In this document: piece by piece, positions 28,769 to 44,592 of the stretch
Position numbering within the stretch: position 1 is the stretch's first letter
Layout of the letters: every line of letters starts with the position of its first letter
NCBI RefSeq assembly: GCF_009914755.1
Contig: NC_060941.1
DNA: 64,000 nt
Reading direction: 5' to 3' (one strand)
Origin: the human T2T-CHM13v2.0 reference genome, Homo sapiens
The notes under the pieces: model-generated
Databases searched by the model: none
Told to the model about the DNA's origin: nothing
The model's input: the letters and a program-made list of their open reading frames with translations, nothing else
Position numbers and translations under genes: made by a program

Positions 28769-30333
28769 TGATGGAGGTCCTTGTTAGGATGGAGAGTGGG
28801 GCCAATCATGCAGATGATACAGAAAAATAAACACTGAGGACCAGAAACTTTGGTCCCTTTGGCTGTAAGGAAAACCCTGTGTGACATCAAAGAGGGCATG
28901 TCTAGGAGGTATTTGATATCTGTATCTGGGGCTAAGGGTAGATATGTGAGATTGGGAGAGAGATCTAGGAGTCATTGGGGGAAGATGTAGTAGCTGAAGC
29001 TGTGAGAGGAGGCAGGCTGTAATGGAAAATGTGTCAGTTGGTAAAGAACTGGAATGAAATGTCCTGGTTTGACGTTTTGAGTATTCCTTTAATTTTAGGA
29101 ACACTATCAGAAAAGAGGCTAGCTTGTGAGCTGAGTCGGCTGCAGCAGCTCTAAACCACACATTGCTGATGAGTGAGAACCTCTGTTATAAATGGAAATG
29201 TGAACTGGCAAATGCTCATTGGCTAAAGCTGAATGCACCAGTTTATTTTGGTACCTATTATGTCCATGATCTCCTATTTTCCTTATTGATTGCAAATACG
29301 CACGAGGAATAAAAAGCTGGCTTGCTTTCCAAAAACATGACTGAATGTTTTCACTGCTGAATATCTAAAGAGGGTACAGATTGGACCTTTCATTATTTCT
29401 CTGAGGTTAGAAATGTCCTTTGGTGGGTTTCTAATTTTTCATGAAAGGTCAGTTCCAGAGACTATTTACATGCTGTTAGGAAAAACATCAAGCAGACAAG
29501 ACATATCTCAAAATATTTAAAGTGGCCCATTCCTAGGCTCTCAGCTCTTCTCTCTCCACTTCCTCTCCAGGGATCTGTTCCACAGATGGGGGCTTAAGTC
29601 AGCCTCTATCTATAGGTGACCCTTGTCTGACCTTATACTCTGGAATGCTCCATATGCCTCTGACTTTCATCCCAGGGAACATCAACACCCACTTCCGCTG
29701 GCATTCCTGATGGGATCTCTTTCTCCTGAGCAGTTGAAAGAGTCCTGCTTCAGTGACTCCCAGGGAAAATTGAGAGAGTCATTTTTTTAAAAAAAGAGAT
29801 TTATCCCACACCAAAACAGGAATCACTCATTTTGCACCATTTTAGGCACTGTCTATTTTCAAGGTAGGCTGCTTTTTTTTTTCTCTCCTGTTCTTCCAAT
29901 CCATGAACATAGTATAGATTGTTAAGTCCTTTTGAAGTGTAAAATTTCCCACAACCACATAGCTCAATTTCTTCTACCCCCAGGAGCTTTTTTTTCTTTT
30001 AATCACATTAGCCTGTGTATTTCTCCCAAAACAGTTATCAAAACTGAAATTATCTTGTTGATTTCTTGGTTTACATGTTTACTATCTGTCTCCTCCATCT
30101 AAAACAAAGTTCCATGAGGATGGGGTCTCCTGTCTTCTCCTAGCACCTAGAGCAATGCCCCCATGTATAGGTGCTCATGAAATGTTTGTTGGCTGACTGA
30201 CTTACAGAATCAGTTGCTTAAATATCATACAAAACTTTCCATCATGAATGTCCTTTTTTTTTTTCCCTCTCTTGAGTAAGGATGTTGTCCTGATTTAACT
30301 AGCATTATTGACAAATGCCAATTAACTGTATTA

Positions 30334-31122
<789 letters not shown>

Positions 31123-32382
31123 AAAGATTGATATTAGTGGAGAGGAATATTTTTCTTTGTCTTTGAACTACATTATCTTTAAACACTACTTTTCTCTTCG
31201 ATATCCTTTGCTTAGCTTAATATTAAAATACATTTGCATTCCTCAAATCTGCCAAAGGTGGCCAAGATACATAGTGAGGAAGGGGTGATGGAAAAACAAA
31301 CCAAAGGTTAATAATTCGTTGCTTTTATACAGACACATCCACATACAAACAAAAAAACAATAAAAACATGTGCCTTTGTGAAGCATGCACTGTGTGCTCT
31401 ATATTTTCCAAAGATTATCTCTATTATTATATCAACATTTCCAGGCAGGAATTATCAGCTTCATTTCATAGACAAAGAAATGGAGACTCAGAAAACCAAA
31501 ATAATGTATGAAAGATTGCCAAGCTAATAAGTAATAGAGAGGTGACTGCCACCCCCAAATCTCTTTTCTTCCAAAAGCATGGCCTTTTTGACCATCAAAT
31601 TCTAGATTACCACAAAATGGGAGGGAAAAACTCAGAAACAATGAAGAGTTCACTGTACACATTAGCCTTATTGTTTTGTATAAATGAATAAAAAAACTAA
31701 CTCCTTTTTTTCTTCTAGTGATGTGTAAATTTAAAAATTCAATGCATTTTTTCCCCCAGATTTGAAAAGTAATACACCCACAGCAGAAAACTGAAAGACA
31801 ACTAAATGTCCATCAGTAGGGGACAGGGTGGTTGCATTAATTGCGACACACTTGTGGATGCAATACTATGCAGTCATTAAAAAGAACAAAGCAGCTCTAT
31901 TGGTACTGAAATAGAACTATCTCTAAGATGGGAAAAAATAAGGTGGCTCAAGTTCTACAGTATGCTGTCATTTGTATTTAAAATGTATATATGAATATGC
32001 ACTGGTAACTGGTTGCTTTTGTGAATTCAGTAGAGGGACAAGCAGGAGGCAGCTTATTTTTCTGTAACCATAATCTCCTCCTCCCCCAGACATAGACCTT
32101 GATGTGTGGTATGGACAGAAACCCTAACTTTTCAGAGAGCAGAACCATCCAGCCATGTGTAACATCAAAACATCACTCTCACAGCCAATTCAAAATGGCT
32201 AAGCCCCTCTATTCTTTTCCCACCTCCTCCTTTCCGTTCCGTCTCTCTCTCTGCCTGAGTTGGGGCCATGAGAGGGGATTACTGGGAGAGGGGGGAGGTC
32301 TTCGCCAGGGATGTCCCTGTAGTACTTTCTTGCCTAATGCTTTTCTACTAGGGGAGCTCTCCAAATGTCTGCAAATGCCTGA

Positions 32383-32753
<371 letters not shown>

Positions 32754-33085
32754 TGCGCTGCCTAGTTTCTAATAGGAGTGAGGAGGTGTGGTTCAGCTGT
32801 CTTCTTGTGCTCAGCTCCTTCCCCAGTGCCCCACCCACACAACCCCTTTCTTCTGTGGCCCAGGCAGGTGGCAAGTAAGGCCATTCAGGATGGCTCCAGC
32901 CTTGCTAACTCCCCCAGCCTCTATGACTCTCGAAGCTCTCAGACCCTCACCTTGCCATGGGTGGAGAAGTCCTCCCCACACTACCATTTCCTCACCCCTC
33001 CGTGTTCTGGGGGACACAGGTGGAACTCCCAGGAACTTTCCTGCTCCGGGCGTGTGAGTCTTCACTGCACTACCAAGTTTCCAAT

Positions 33086-33900
33086 CAGGGCCAGTGACTT
33101 AACTTGCAGACCCCAGTGCAAAATGGAAACGTAGGGTTTCCTGTCCAAAAAACAGGAGAAACTGCTGTTAAAGACACTAAAACATAAAGCTTTTCTTTAA
33201 AAATATTTTATTTCTAAATAAAATGTAATAGGGAAAAGAGTGATGCGTGAGCATCACACTTAACTTACAAGTTGCAAAAAAGTTAACATTTTCGTGTCAT
33301 CATTTTATGTAATGGCTGGGTGCAGTAGCTCATGCCTGTAATCCCAGCACTTTGGGAGGCCGAGGTGGGCAGATCCCTTGAGGCCAGGAGTTTGAGACCA
33401 GCCTGGCCAACATAGTGAAATCCTGTCTGTACTAAAAATACAAAAATTAGCTGGGCGTGGTGGCATGCCACTGTAATTCCAGTTACCCAGAGGCTGAGGC
33501 ACGAGAATCACTTCAACCCGGGAGGCGGAGGTTGCAGTGAGCCAAGATCATGCCACTGTACAACAGCCTGGGTGACAGAGTGATACTCTGTCTCAAAAAA
33601 AAAAGTAATAAATAATAAATTGTTAATGTGGTATTTGATTGATCATTAGATTTTTCTGCTCACTTTTCTGCAAATTCATTCACTAGGTCATCGACATACT
33701 TTCAGCAACTTCATTTTTAATTGATATAATTGAAAGTGATATCAGCCTCTCTTGGCAAATGCTGGATCACAAATAATTTTTAATAATGAGAAAAATTATT
33801 CTGTAGATGCAACTTTTGGCTCTTGCTACAGCCTCCACAAGTTACAGGAGGTGACAGAGGAAATATTAGAATGTCATTGTACACACTTACATTTAAACTA
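33086..33900 (-). mobile_element. hAT-Tip100 relic (MER45/Zaphod-like) with decayed transposase C-terminus
   Basis: Terminal cagggccag...cccagtgcaaaatggaaa; minus-strand remnant VASTE*FFS../KNYL*SSICQERLISLSIISIKNEVA../DDLVNEFAEK. Confidence 0.75.
33314..33620 (+). mobile_element. Alu (S-type)
   Basis: Sense Alu. Confidence 0.95.
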
Positions 33901-33907
33901 AAATTAA

Positions 33908-34050
33908 GGCTGGGCACAATGGCTCTTCACACCTGTAATCCCAACACTATGGGAGGTTGAGTGGGAGGATCAGTTGAGCCCAGGAGTTGGAGACCAGCCT
34001 GTGCAACATAGTGAGACCTCAACGCTCCAGAAATTAAATAAATAAATAAA
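33908..34050 (+). mobile_element. Alu monomer (FLAM-like)
   Basis: Single left monomer with (TAAA)n tail. Confidence 0.8.
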
Positions 34051-34112
34051 TACACTTAAATTCAGACTCACATAGAACTGATTAGTGTGAAAAGATAAAA
34101 CTACTGATCTAG

Positions 34113-34470
<358 letters not shown>

Positions 34471-35263
34471 AACCTATCTATTTTATATGGATTGTTGATT
34501 TCTGGAAAGATGGAGAGAAACTGGAAACGGTGATTTCCAAGTCTCTTCTCATTCCCTAAAACCTTGGAAACTGGGAGAATGGGATGGGAGAGAACTTATT
34601 CTTTATTGGTATAATTTGCCATTGTTTGGCTTTTTAAACATGTGCATGTACTCGTTTTTTGATTTAAAAACTTGTTAACAAGAAAAGGAACTCTTGAAGA
34701 AAAAAATGCATGTTAACATAAGATCTTCATACTCAGTTGATCATTGATACTGTTTTCATTCTTGCTAATCTTTCTAAAAACCACCAAATATATTTCTATA
34801 TTCATGTGTATTATACATAGCTATATATAGTTTAGGTATCTTCAATTCAGCTGAAAAATGTTAAGCCTAAACATTTCCAAATTTAGAGCATTTAGTCACA
34901 TCAACTCTGCTTTTCCCTGGGGCTAAGTTTTTGGAAAGGTAGGGAGTCAGCTGTCATTTCTGCTGTTTTTAAAAAGGTGAAGTGTGCTTCCTAACAAATA
35001 AAAAGGATGCTGACAGAAGGTTACTTTCTGCGTTGGACTCCCCAGGCGTGTACAGGAGGTGTTTGAGGCTTGAGTGACTTGTACAGCAGTGCCCCGGGGG
35101 CCCGCTTGATCTCCGGTTGTCTGATGTCACACATAGTGAGAAGTCTGGCAACAGGAAGGCAGCGCGGCCTTGGGCTGATCCCGTGACGAGTGGTCAGCAG
35201 TGCACCGTGTCAGGCGGCTCTCTACAAGGATTTCTCAATCAGCTTATCAAAAATAAATAAATA

Positions 35264-35553
35264 GGGCGGGAGCAGTGGCTCACACCTGTAATCCCAACAC
35301 TTTGGGAGGCCGAGGCGGGCGGATAACGAGGTCAGGAGATCGAGACCATCCTGGTAAACACGGTGAAACTCCGTGCCTACTAAAAATACAAAAAATTAGC
35401 CGGGCGTGGTGGCGGGCGCCTGTAGTCCCAGCTACTCATGAAAATCGCTTGAACCCAGGAGTGGAGGTTGCAGTGAGCCGAGATCGCGCCACTGCACTCC
35501 AGCCTGGCAACACAGCAAGATCTATCTCAAAAAAATAAATAAAGATAAATAAA
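35264..35553 (+). mobile_element. Alu (Y/Sc-type) with short internal deletion
   Basis: ggagatcgagaccatcctgg diagnostic; CpG-rich. Confidence 0.92.
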
Positions 35554-36071
35554 TCACAATCAAAATGCCCAAGTTTTCCTATTTGCTAACTTAAGTAAAT
35601 TTTAAAAAAAATGTAATGTCTTTTTAAGTTCTAAAATCTAAGTTGGATTTATTTTTGTAATGAAAGAATAGCTCAACATCTGAAAATCAATGAATACATT
35701 TAATGCACTTTTAGCATATAAATCGATAAAGAGGGAAAATATAACCCTCTCAACAGATCTCTTAGTGGATTGATATGTTTCAAATCCATTCCTGATAAAA
35801 ATTCTCAGCCAGCTGGGAATAAAAGGGAACTTCCTTAACCTAATAAAAAAAATCTACCAAAAACTTCTAGCGAATATTATACTTGTTGTGGAAACATGGA
35901 AAGAATTTCCTTGGCATCAGGCAGGACACCTGTGCCCTTGTTTCTACATTGTAGTTAAATGGGTGAATTAAATCTTCATATGTCAATACAACCCCTTGTG
36001 TAAAGCATAATACTGAACAAAGAAAGCAAGCAACAGCAGGATGAGTATAACATGAAACAATTCCTCTCTAA

Positions 36072-36409
<338 letters not shown>

Positions 36410-37319
36410 CATCCTAGCCATTTTGATACACAGACTTTTCGTTGTATCTCAGGTCTAAACATTTTCTGATTTTCATTATAGCCACTTCTTTGATACATAT
36501 ATTTTTATGCATATATATGTAGAATATTTTAAAATTTCTAAAATATTAAGTTTTTTGTTATTGTTGTTCTCTTTAAAGTTGATTTCAAATTTTGCAGAGA
36601 ATATGGCAATGTGATGTTGATTTTTTGGGGGGGTTATTATGTTTTGTTGATGCCTTCTGTGTAGTTTAATATGTTTTGATGCCTATGGCCTGGTCAATTT
36701 TGGCAATTGCCCTATAGTGTTTACAAATAATGTTAATGCACTAATTGTTGAGTGCCTAGCTCTGTCTACTATAATATAATATTTATAATCTGCTATAATA
36801 TTTATAATCTACTATAATCTACTAGGTCAAGCTTTTACATTATATTGTTCAAAGCTTTTACCACCTTGCTTATGTTTGGGTTGTGTGATTGAACCAATAC
36901 TAGGAGATGGTATGTTAAAAACTCTCACTATGGCTAGAAGTTGTCATATTCTATTTGCCTTTACCAGGTATTTGAAGGCAGAAGGATCTCAGGTTATCTA
37001 GCCTGTCATGTTGCAGGAAGTGGAGGTCTCCATTTTCCCCCTTTCTTTATTAAAAGAGATATTTTTAGAAATAGATAATATATGCACATTGTTCAAAATT
37101 TACAAGTACTGAAAGGCATGTAGTGAAAAGTGTTTGACCCCTTCTCTGGGCTGTGGCCACTCAGCTTTCCTCCCGGGGCAACCACTGTTACCAGCTTCTT
37201 ACCAGTCCTTCTGGAATTTGTCTGTCCGTCTCTCTCATTTTCTCTCCTTTTCTTCTTCTCCTTCCTTCCCTCCATCCTTCCCTCTCTCCCTCCCTCCATC
37301 CCTCCCTCTCTCTCTCTCT

Positions 37320-37609
37320 TTCTCTCTTTCTTTCTTTCTTAGATGGAGTCTCGCTCTGTCACCTAGGCTGGAGGCAATCTCGGCTCACTGCAACCTCTGC
37401 CTCCTGGGTTCAAGCGATTCTCCTGCCTCAGCCTCCTGAGTAGCTGGGACTACAGGTGTGTGCCACCATGCCCAGCTAATTTTTGTATTTTTAGTAGGGA
37501 TGGGGTTTCACCATGTTGGCAGGGTGGTCTCGATCTCTTGATCTTGTGATCCGCTCACCTCGGCCTCCCAAAGTGTTGGGATTACAGGCGTGAGCCACCG
37601 TGCTCGGCC
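37320..37609 (-). mobile_element. Alu (S-type) preceded by CT-rich microsatellite tail (~37245-37340)
   Basis: Antisense Alu. Confidence 0.93.
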
Positions 37610-38373
37610 GAGATTTCTACTTTTAATGTCTGTTTTGTTCTCCCAAATTCTGAATTCTGCAGTATATCAAAATAATATGGCTTTTGCTATTTATTCATTT
37701 ACAAATTTTTAGACAAGGACTTTCATTGTCTTGGTACAATAGAGAAGTCCCAAACACTCTCTTCTTCAGTCATATAGTAATTTTATAAATCCACAACAAT
37801 CATCTTTGCATATGACAGTAATGATCATAAACCTTTATTCCTTTATTCGTCATGCATCAAATCTGGTTGACAATGAGAGGATATCAGAACACTCATCCTT
37901 CCCTCCATCACTTCTAATTCATTTAATTCTTTTCTTTTCTCTGCTGTATCTCTGCTTTTACATTTTCTGCCATTAATTCATCATTATCATGTAAATTTTA
38001 TTCACTTCAGAGCCAAGACTCACTATGAGACTGCAGTTGCACCAGTAAATATTCAGTTTTACAATCTTAATGTCATAGTCTGGAGAATGTTTCAAGTGTT
38101 GGGTTCAAGTGAATTCTCCAGTTTAATGCTACTCCAGATCTTTTTCCAAACTCTTATCAGCCCAGCAAGTTGACAGAGTTGACAGATATCTTTTTTCCCC
38201 GTGTGTACTTATTTCCATATTATTCAACCCATCTGGTCAAATTCAGATTCAGTGCTTTCTGGTTTTCTACGCAGATGATTTTCAGTTACTTCCCTTCATT
38301 TTTTCTCCTATGTTCGATCTAATGCTTCAAATACAATTTTATTCTTGTTTTTTTTTTTTGGTATATCTTCCAT

Positions 38374-38794
<421 letters not shown>

Positions 38795-38822
38795 TAATAT
38801 TTTGTTTAAAAACATTTTTCTT

Positions 38823-39140
38823 GGCCGGGTGTGGTGGCTCATGCCTGTATTCCCAGCACTTTGGGGGGCCGAGGGGGGTGGATCATGAGGTCAGGAGATC
38901 GAGACTATCCTGGCCAACATGGTGAAACCTTGTCTCTACTAAAATACAAAAAATTAGCTGGGCATGGTGGCGTGCGCCTGTAGTCCCAGCTACTCGAGAG
39001 GCTCAGACAGGGGAATCACTTGAACCTGAGAGGCGGAGGTTGCAGTGAGCTGAGATCACACCACTGCACTTCAGCCTGGCGACAGAGTGAGACTTCGTCT
39101 CAAAAACAACAACAACAACAACAAAAAACAAACCAAAAAA
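38823..39140 (+). mobile_element. Alu (Sc-like) with (CAA)n tail
   Basis: Sense Alu. Confidence 0.95.
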
Positions 39141-39258
39141 CCCATTTTTCTCTCAACACATCGAAGGCAATATCAGATTGCATTCTAACATCCACTGTGT
39201 TGATGAAAGTTTGTATTGCGATCTGATTATTGTTCTTTTGTTATGACCATTTAGAAAT

Positions 39259-39282
39259 ATGTGTGTGTGTGTGTGTGTGTGT
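39259..39282 (+). repeat. (TG)n microsatellite
   Basis: About 11-12 TG units. Confidence 0.9.
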
Positions 39283-39288
39283 ATCTGA

Positions 39289-39691
<403 letters not shown>

Positions 39692-40382
39692 TAATCCATT
39701 TCTCCATGTAGATTTACTGTAGGGAAAAAACTTAGAATGCTTTAACTATAGTTATCCACATTCTCTTTTTGTCCAGTATTTTAGTTTCTACATTGTTCTT
39801 ATACTTTTCACATTGGTAATTACAGCTATTATTTTTATCCAGTAAAAACTTGTTTAGGTTTATTCACAGTCTTAATATTTTCTTTTGTTTTTATTTCTTG
39901 TGTTTTATTCCTTCATCTTCGTACTGTGAGGTCAGCTGTGGATTGAATTGCTGTTCCATTTTAGGTACAGATGACATAATCTCTTTTTCCTCTTGTTGCT
40001 TTCTACATTTTCTTTTTGTATTTGGTGATTTTGCAATTTTGCTTTGCTATTTTTTGGGTTTGGATTTATGTATTCTGAATGGGAACTGGCATGTTTTCCG
40101 ATGCTCACATCTATAGTTTTCATCAGTTTTGGATGCTATCAGCCATCATGTTTCAGATACTTCTTCCTCATCATCTCTGGGGTTTTCATTGAGAATATGT
40201 TATTTTTAAAAATGTACTTCATCCTCTATGACTCTTAACTTTCCTATTTTCCAGTTTTTATTTTTCTGTGCTGTATTCCATGTAATTTTATCAGTCTTTT
40301 CTTCAAATTTACACATTTTCTCTTTTTCTGCATTTAACATCCTGTTTAACTAGTCTACTGAGATTTTAATTTCAGTGATTCC

Positions 40383-40756
40383 TATATTAGTCCATTCTCA
40401 CACTGTTATGAAGAAATACCCAAGACTGGGTAATTTATAAAGCAAAGAAGTTTAATTTACCCACAGTTCCACATGGCTGGGAAGGCCTCAGGAAACTTTC
40501 AATCATGGTAGAAGGGGAAGAAAACACGTCCTTCTTCACATGGCAGCAGGAGAGAGAATTGCTGAGCAGAGGGGGAAATGCCCCTTATAAAAGCACCAGG
40601 TCTTGTGAGAACTCACTCACTATCATGAGAACAGCATAAGGGTGACCACCCCCAGGATTCAATTACCTCCCACCAGGTCCCTCCCACAGCATGTGGGGAA
40701 TATGGAAACTACAACTCAAGATGAGATTTGGGTGAGGACACAGCCAAAGCTTATCA
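40383..40756 (-). mobile_element. THE1 (MaLR) solo LTR
   Basis: tattagtccattctcacactg...aagaaatacccaagactgggtaatttata...gagatttgggtgaggacacagccaaa...atca. Confidence 0.92.
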
Positions 40757-41204
40757 ATCTCATGTTTCATTTCTAGAAGTTATTTGATCCTTGAAAAAAA
40801 TATAGCAGTTCTTTTAAATCCTAGGGTTTTCCCCTTAGATTCTTTCTTTAATGTCTTCGATTATGTAAACATACTTGATTGAAAGTATTTTTGGACTGTT
40901 TTATAATTTAAAGTTTTGAGCATTAATATTCTATTGCGAGCTCATCTTCTGGGTAGTGCTATTTATGAGAATCCCTGTGGCCTGAGTTATGGGAAGGACC
41001 TTCCAGGGAGGTTTTTGTTTCTTCTGTTAGGTGCCCCAGGGATATCATTATCCCGGGACATTTTTAAACATTAATTTATCAGTTCAGGGGTTCCCAGACA
41101 ACCCTGCTACTATATATTTCAGATCCAAACCCACTGGAAATGCAGGCTAGGGGGTTTAGTTTCTCAGGGGAAAACTATTTTACCCAGACTCAGATGACAC
41201 AAGC

Positions 41205-41495
41205 TTTTTTACTTTTTTTGAAACAGTGTCTCATTCTGTTGCCCAGACTGGAGTGCAGTGGTGCAATCATGGCTCACTGCAGCCTCAACCTCCTGGGCTC
41301 AAGTGATCCTCCTGCCTCAGCCTCCTGAGTAGCTGGGACTACAGGCATGTGCCGTGAGGCTTGGCTGATTTTTGTAATTTTTTTGTAGAGATGGGGATTC
41401 ATTATGTTCCCCAGGCTGGTCTCGAACTTCTGGACTCAAGCAATCTGTGTGCCTTGGCCTCCCAAAATGCTAGGTGCAAGCCACCGTGCCCAGCC
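41205..41495 (-). mobile_element. Alu (J-type)
   Basis: Antisense Alu. Confidence 0.92.
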
Positions 41496-41851
41496 AACAC
41501 AAGGATTTTTATCTTCCTGAGCTACTGGATAATTTTCTACGTTTTTACTTGGTAGTAGACCTTGAAAGTCCTCAGTTTTATTCAGGAATCTTAGATTCAA
41601 TTCTCTACCTCATGCAGGTCCACAGCTTCATCTCTATGTCTACATAGGTAAGAAAATATAAGCCTGTAGCTTATCGGTCTAACAGTCAGGTGTCTCCCTA
41701 CCCAGTTATAGCAACAGCTCACCCTCTTGTGGGTGGTTGTATTTTCAGTGCCATTTTTGTTTGTGCTTTTTATTTTGCCTGTTTGCCTGTGGCATGTTTT
41801 TGGCCCTTGAGGTTTCCCTTTCCTCTTTGAAAGCTTAGTTACGCATTAAAA

Positions 41852-42269
41852 CCGCAGTCCCCAACCTTTTTGGCACCAGGGACTGGTTTTGTGGAAGACA
41901 ATTTTTCCATCAACCAAGGTAAAGTGGGATGGTTTTGGGATGATTCAAGCTCATTACATTTATTGGGCACTTTATTTCTACTATTATTACATGTAATATA
42001 GAATGAAATAATTATACAACTTACCATAATGTAAAATCAGTGGGAGCCCTAAGCTTGTTTTCCTGCAACTAGACGGTCCCATCTGGGGATGATGGGAGAT
42101 AGTGACAGATCATCAGGCATTAGATTCTTATAAGAAGCACACAGCCTAGATCCCTCACATGCACAGTTCACAATAGGGTTCTTGCTGCTATAATAATCTA
42201 ATGCCCATGCTGATCTGAGAGGAGCAGAGCTCACAGTACTGGTCTGTAGCCCAGGGTTGGGTACCCCTG
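41852..42269. mobile_element. MER1A-like hAT-Charlie MITE
   Basis: Termini ..gtccccaacc / ggttgggtacccctg; perfect 8-bp TSD cattaaaa at 41844-41851 and 42270-42277. Confidence 0.9.
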
Positions 42270-42889
42270 CATTAAAACATTATATTAATTGATCTAGAAT
42301 TTCCAGGTAGCCAGACATTTTTCTCTTTATCATAGTCTTCCATCTTTCTGGAACCCTGGGATAGTTATTCATACGGCCATTCATTCATTTTTTTCGTGTG
42401 ATATTATTTAGGCACCCATTGTATGCTGGTCAGTGGGGATATACACAGTTGAATAGACCATGTCAAAGCCAGTGGAAGCTTGAGTTGACAAGGAACACTT
42501 CTCGGATGGATGGAACTTAAACCGAGATTTGTTGATTACGGAAAAGGAGACAGATGTGTGTCGAGTGCTTGCTTGGTACGTGCTAGGCAATGCGCTAGGT
42601 GCCAGGGCACAAAGTGGAAGAAATGCCCTACCTTTAAGGAGTTTATAATCCAGTGGGTGGAACCAGAGACAGACTAGGAGATGGGTCCTGACTGTGTGGC
42701 AAGTGCTGTGTGTTCCAGTGGGGGATGTAAAAGCCACCAGGGGAGCAAGAAGACAGGGCAGGTCAGAGACGATGTCTCCAAGGAGATGTTGGAGTTGAAT
42801 TTTGAAAGATGAGTGGCGGTGAGTAGGACGAAGCGACAGGGAAAAAGACAGACGGATTTGACTGCATGTAATTTAAAACTTATGTCGTC

Positions 42890-43075
42890 TTTATTGGCAA
42901 TTTACTATATGCCTGGCATAGTGGTGCATGTTTGCACACATTCTCATTTTAGCTTCACAAAAACCTTACGAAGATGTTATTACTCTTTGACAGACAAGGA
43001 AACTGAGGCTCAGTTGTTTGCCCAGTGACACACAACTGTTGGGAGGTAAAACTGGAATTCAAATACAGTTTCATC
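42890..43075 (-). mobile_element. MIR
   Basis: acagacaaggaaactgaggctcag...ttgcccag. Confidence 0.7.
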
Positions 43076-43852
43076 TCATTTATATGCTATAATATAGAAA
43101 CAAGGATTATTGGGACTTTTTTTACGGTGCTGTAATAAGGAAGCATTCACTAGCTTTTCAAGAGGAAAAAAATAAATATTTTAAATGGCAAAGACATTTA
43201 GGATTTTAAAATTCCTCTTTGTTTTCAAGTTTTGTACTTCCTTCACTCTGGGGCAATAACCCTAGACACCGGGTGAAGGTTAAATAGCTCATTAAGCTTA
43301 GCGTTATCAAACCAAATATTGCCCGTACAATAAAGGTAAAAAGAATGGGCAGAAAAGGAGGCTTTGTGTGTCTATCCATTGGCTCCCTTATCTGTTTTTA
43401 CTAAGGTCAATCGGTGGACAAAGGAAGGGCCAGATGTCCTCAAATTGCCTTCAGCATATAAACTATTTGCTCTCAGCAAATATATCAACCATTCCCACAC
43501 TGGGGTGACAGACCACCTGGAGCAAGCTATGAGTTTTCCAGGCAGAAAGTATTTCTTTATGATTCCAGCTTGATGTCTGATCATATCTGGATGTGGCTAA
43601 TTGTTTGTCCTTAGTTTTGAGGAAGTCCAATTTATCAGTTTTTTTGAACAAATCATGCTGTGGTGTCAAACATAGGAAATCGTTGGCTAACTTAAAGTCA
43701 GAAAAGAATTTCTTATGTTGTCTTCTACGTATTCGTTAGTTTAGCTCTACATTGTGATCCATGATCTAGTTTGAGTTTTTTTTTTTGTCTATGATGTGCA
43801 TGGACCCAAGTTCATATTGGTTCATACAAATCATCAAATTGCTCCAGCACCG

Positions 43853-44156
43853 GGCCAGGCGCAGTGGCTCACACCTGTAATCCCAGTACTTTGGGAGGCA
43901 GAGGTGGGTGAATCACCTGAGGTCAGGTGTTCAAGACCACCCTGGCCATTATGGTGAAACCCCATCTCTACTAAAAATACAAAAATAAGCTGGGCATGGT
44001 GGCCAGCCCCTGTAATCCCAGTTACTCAGGAGGCTGAGGCAGGAGAATCACTTGAACTCGGGAGACAGAGTTTGCAGTGAGCTGAGATGACGCCACTGCA
44101 CTCCAGTCTGGGAAATAGAGCAAGACTCCGTCTTAAAACAAAACAAAACAAAAAAA
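43853..44156 (+). mobile_element. Alu (S-type)
   Basis: Sense Alu; TSD gct(c/t)cagcacc. Confidence 0.95.
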
Positions 44157-44226
44157 GCTTCAGCACCATTTGTTGAGGAGGTGGTCCTTTTTCACTGCAT
44201 TGCCTTCACATCCTTGTTAAAAATCA

Positions 44227-44592
<366 letters not shown>

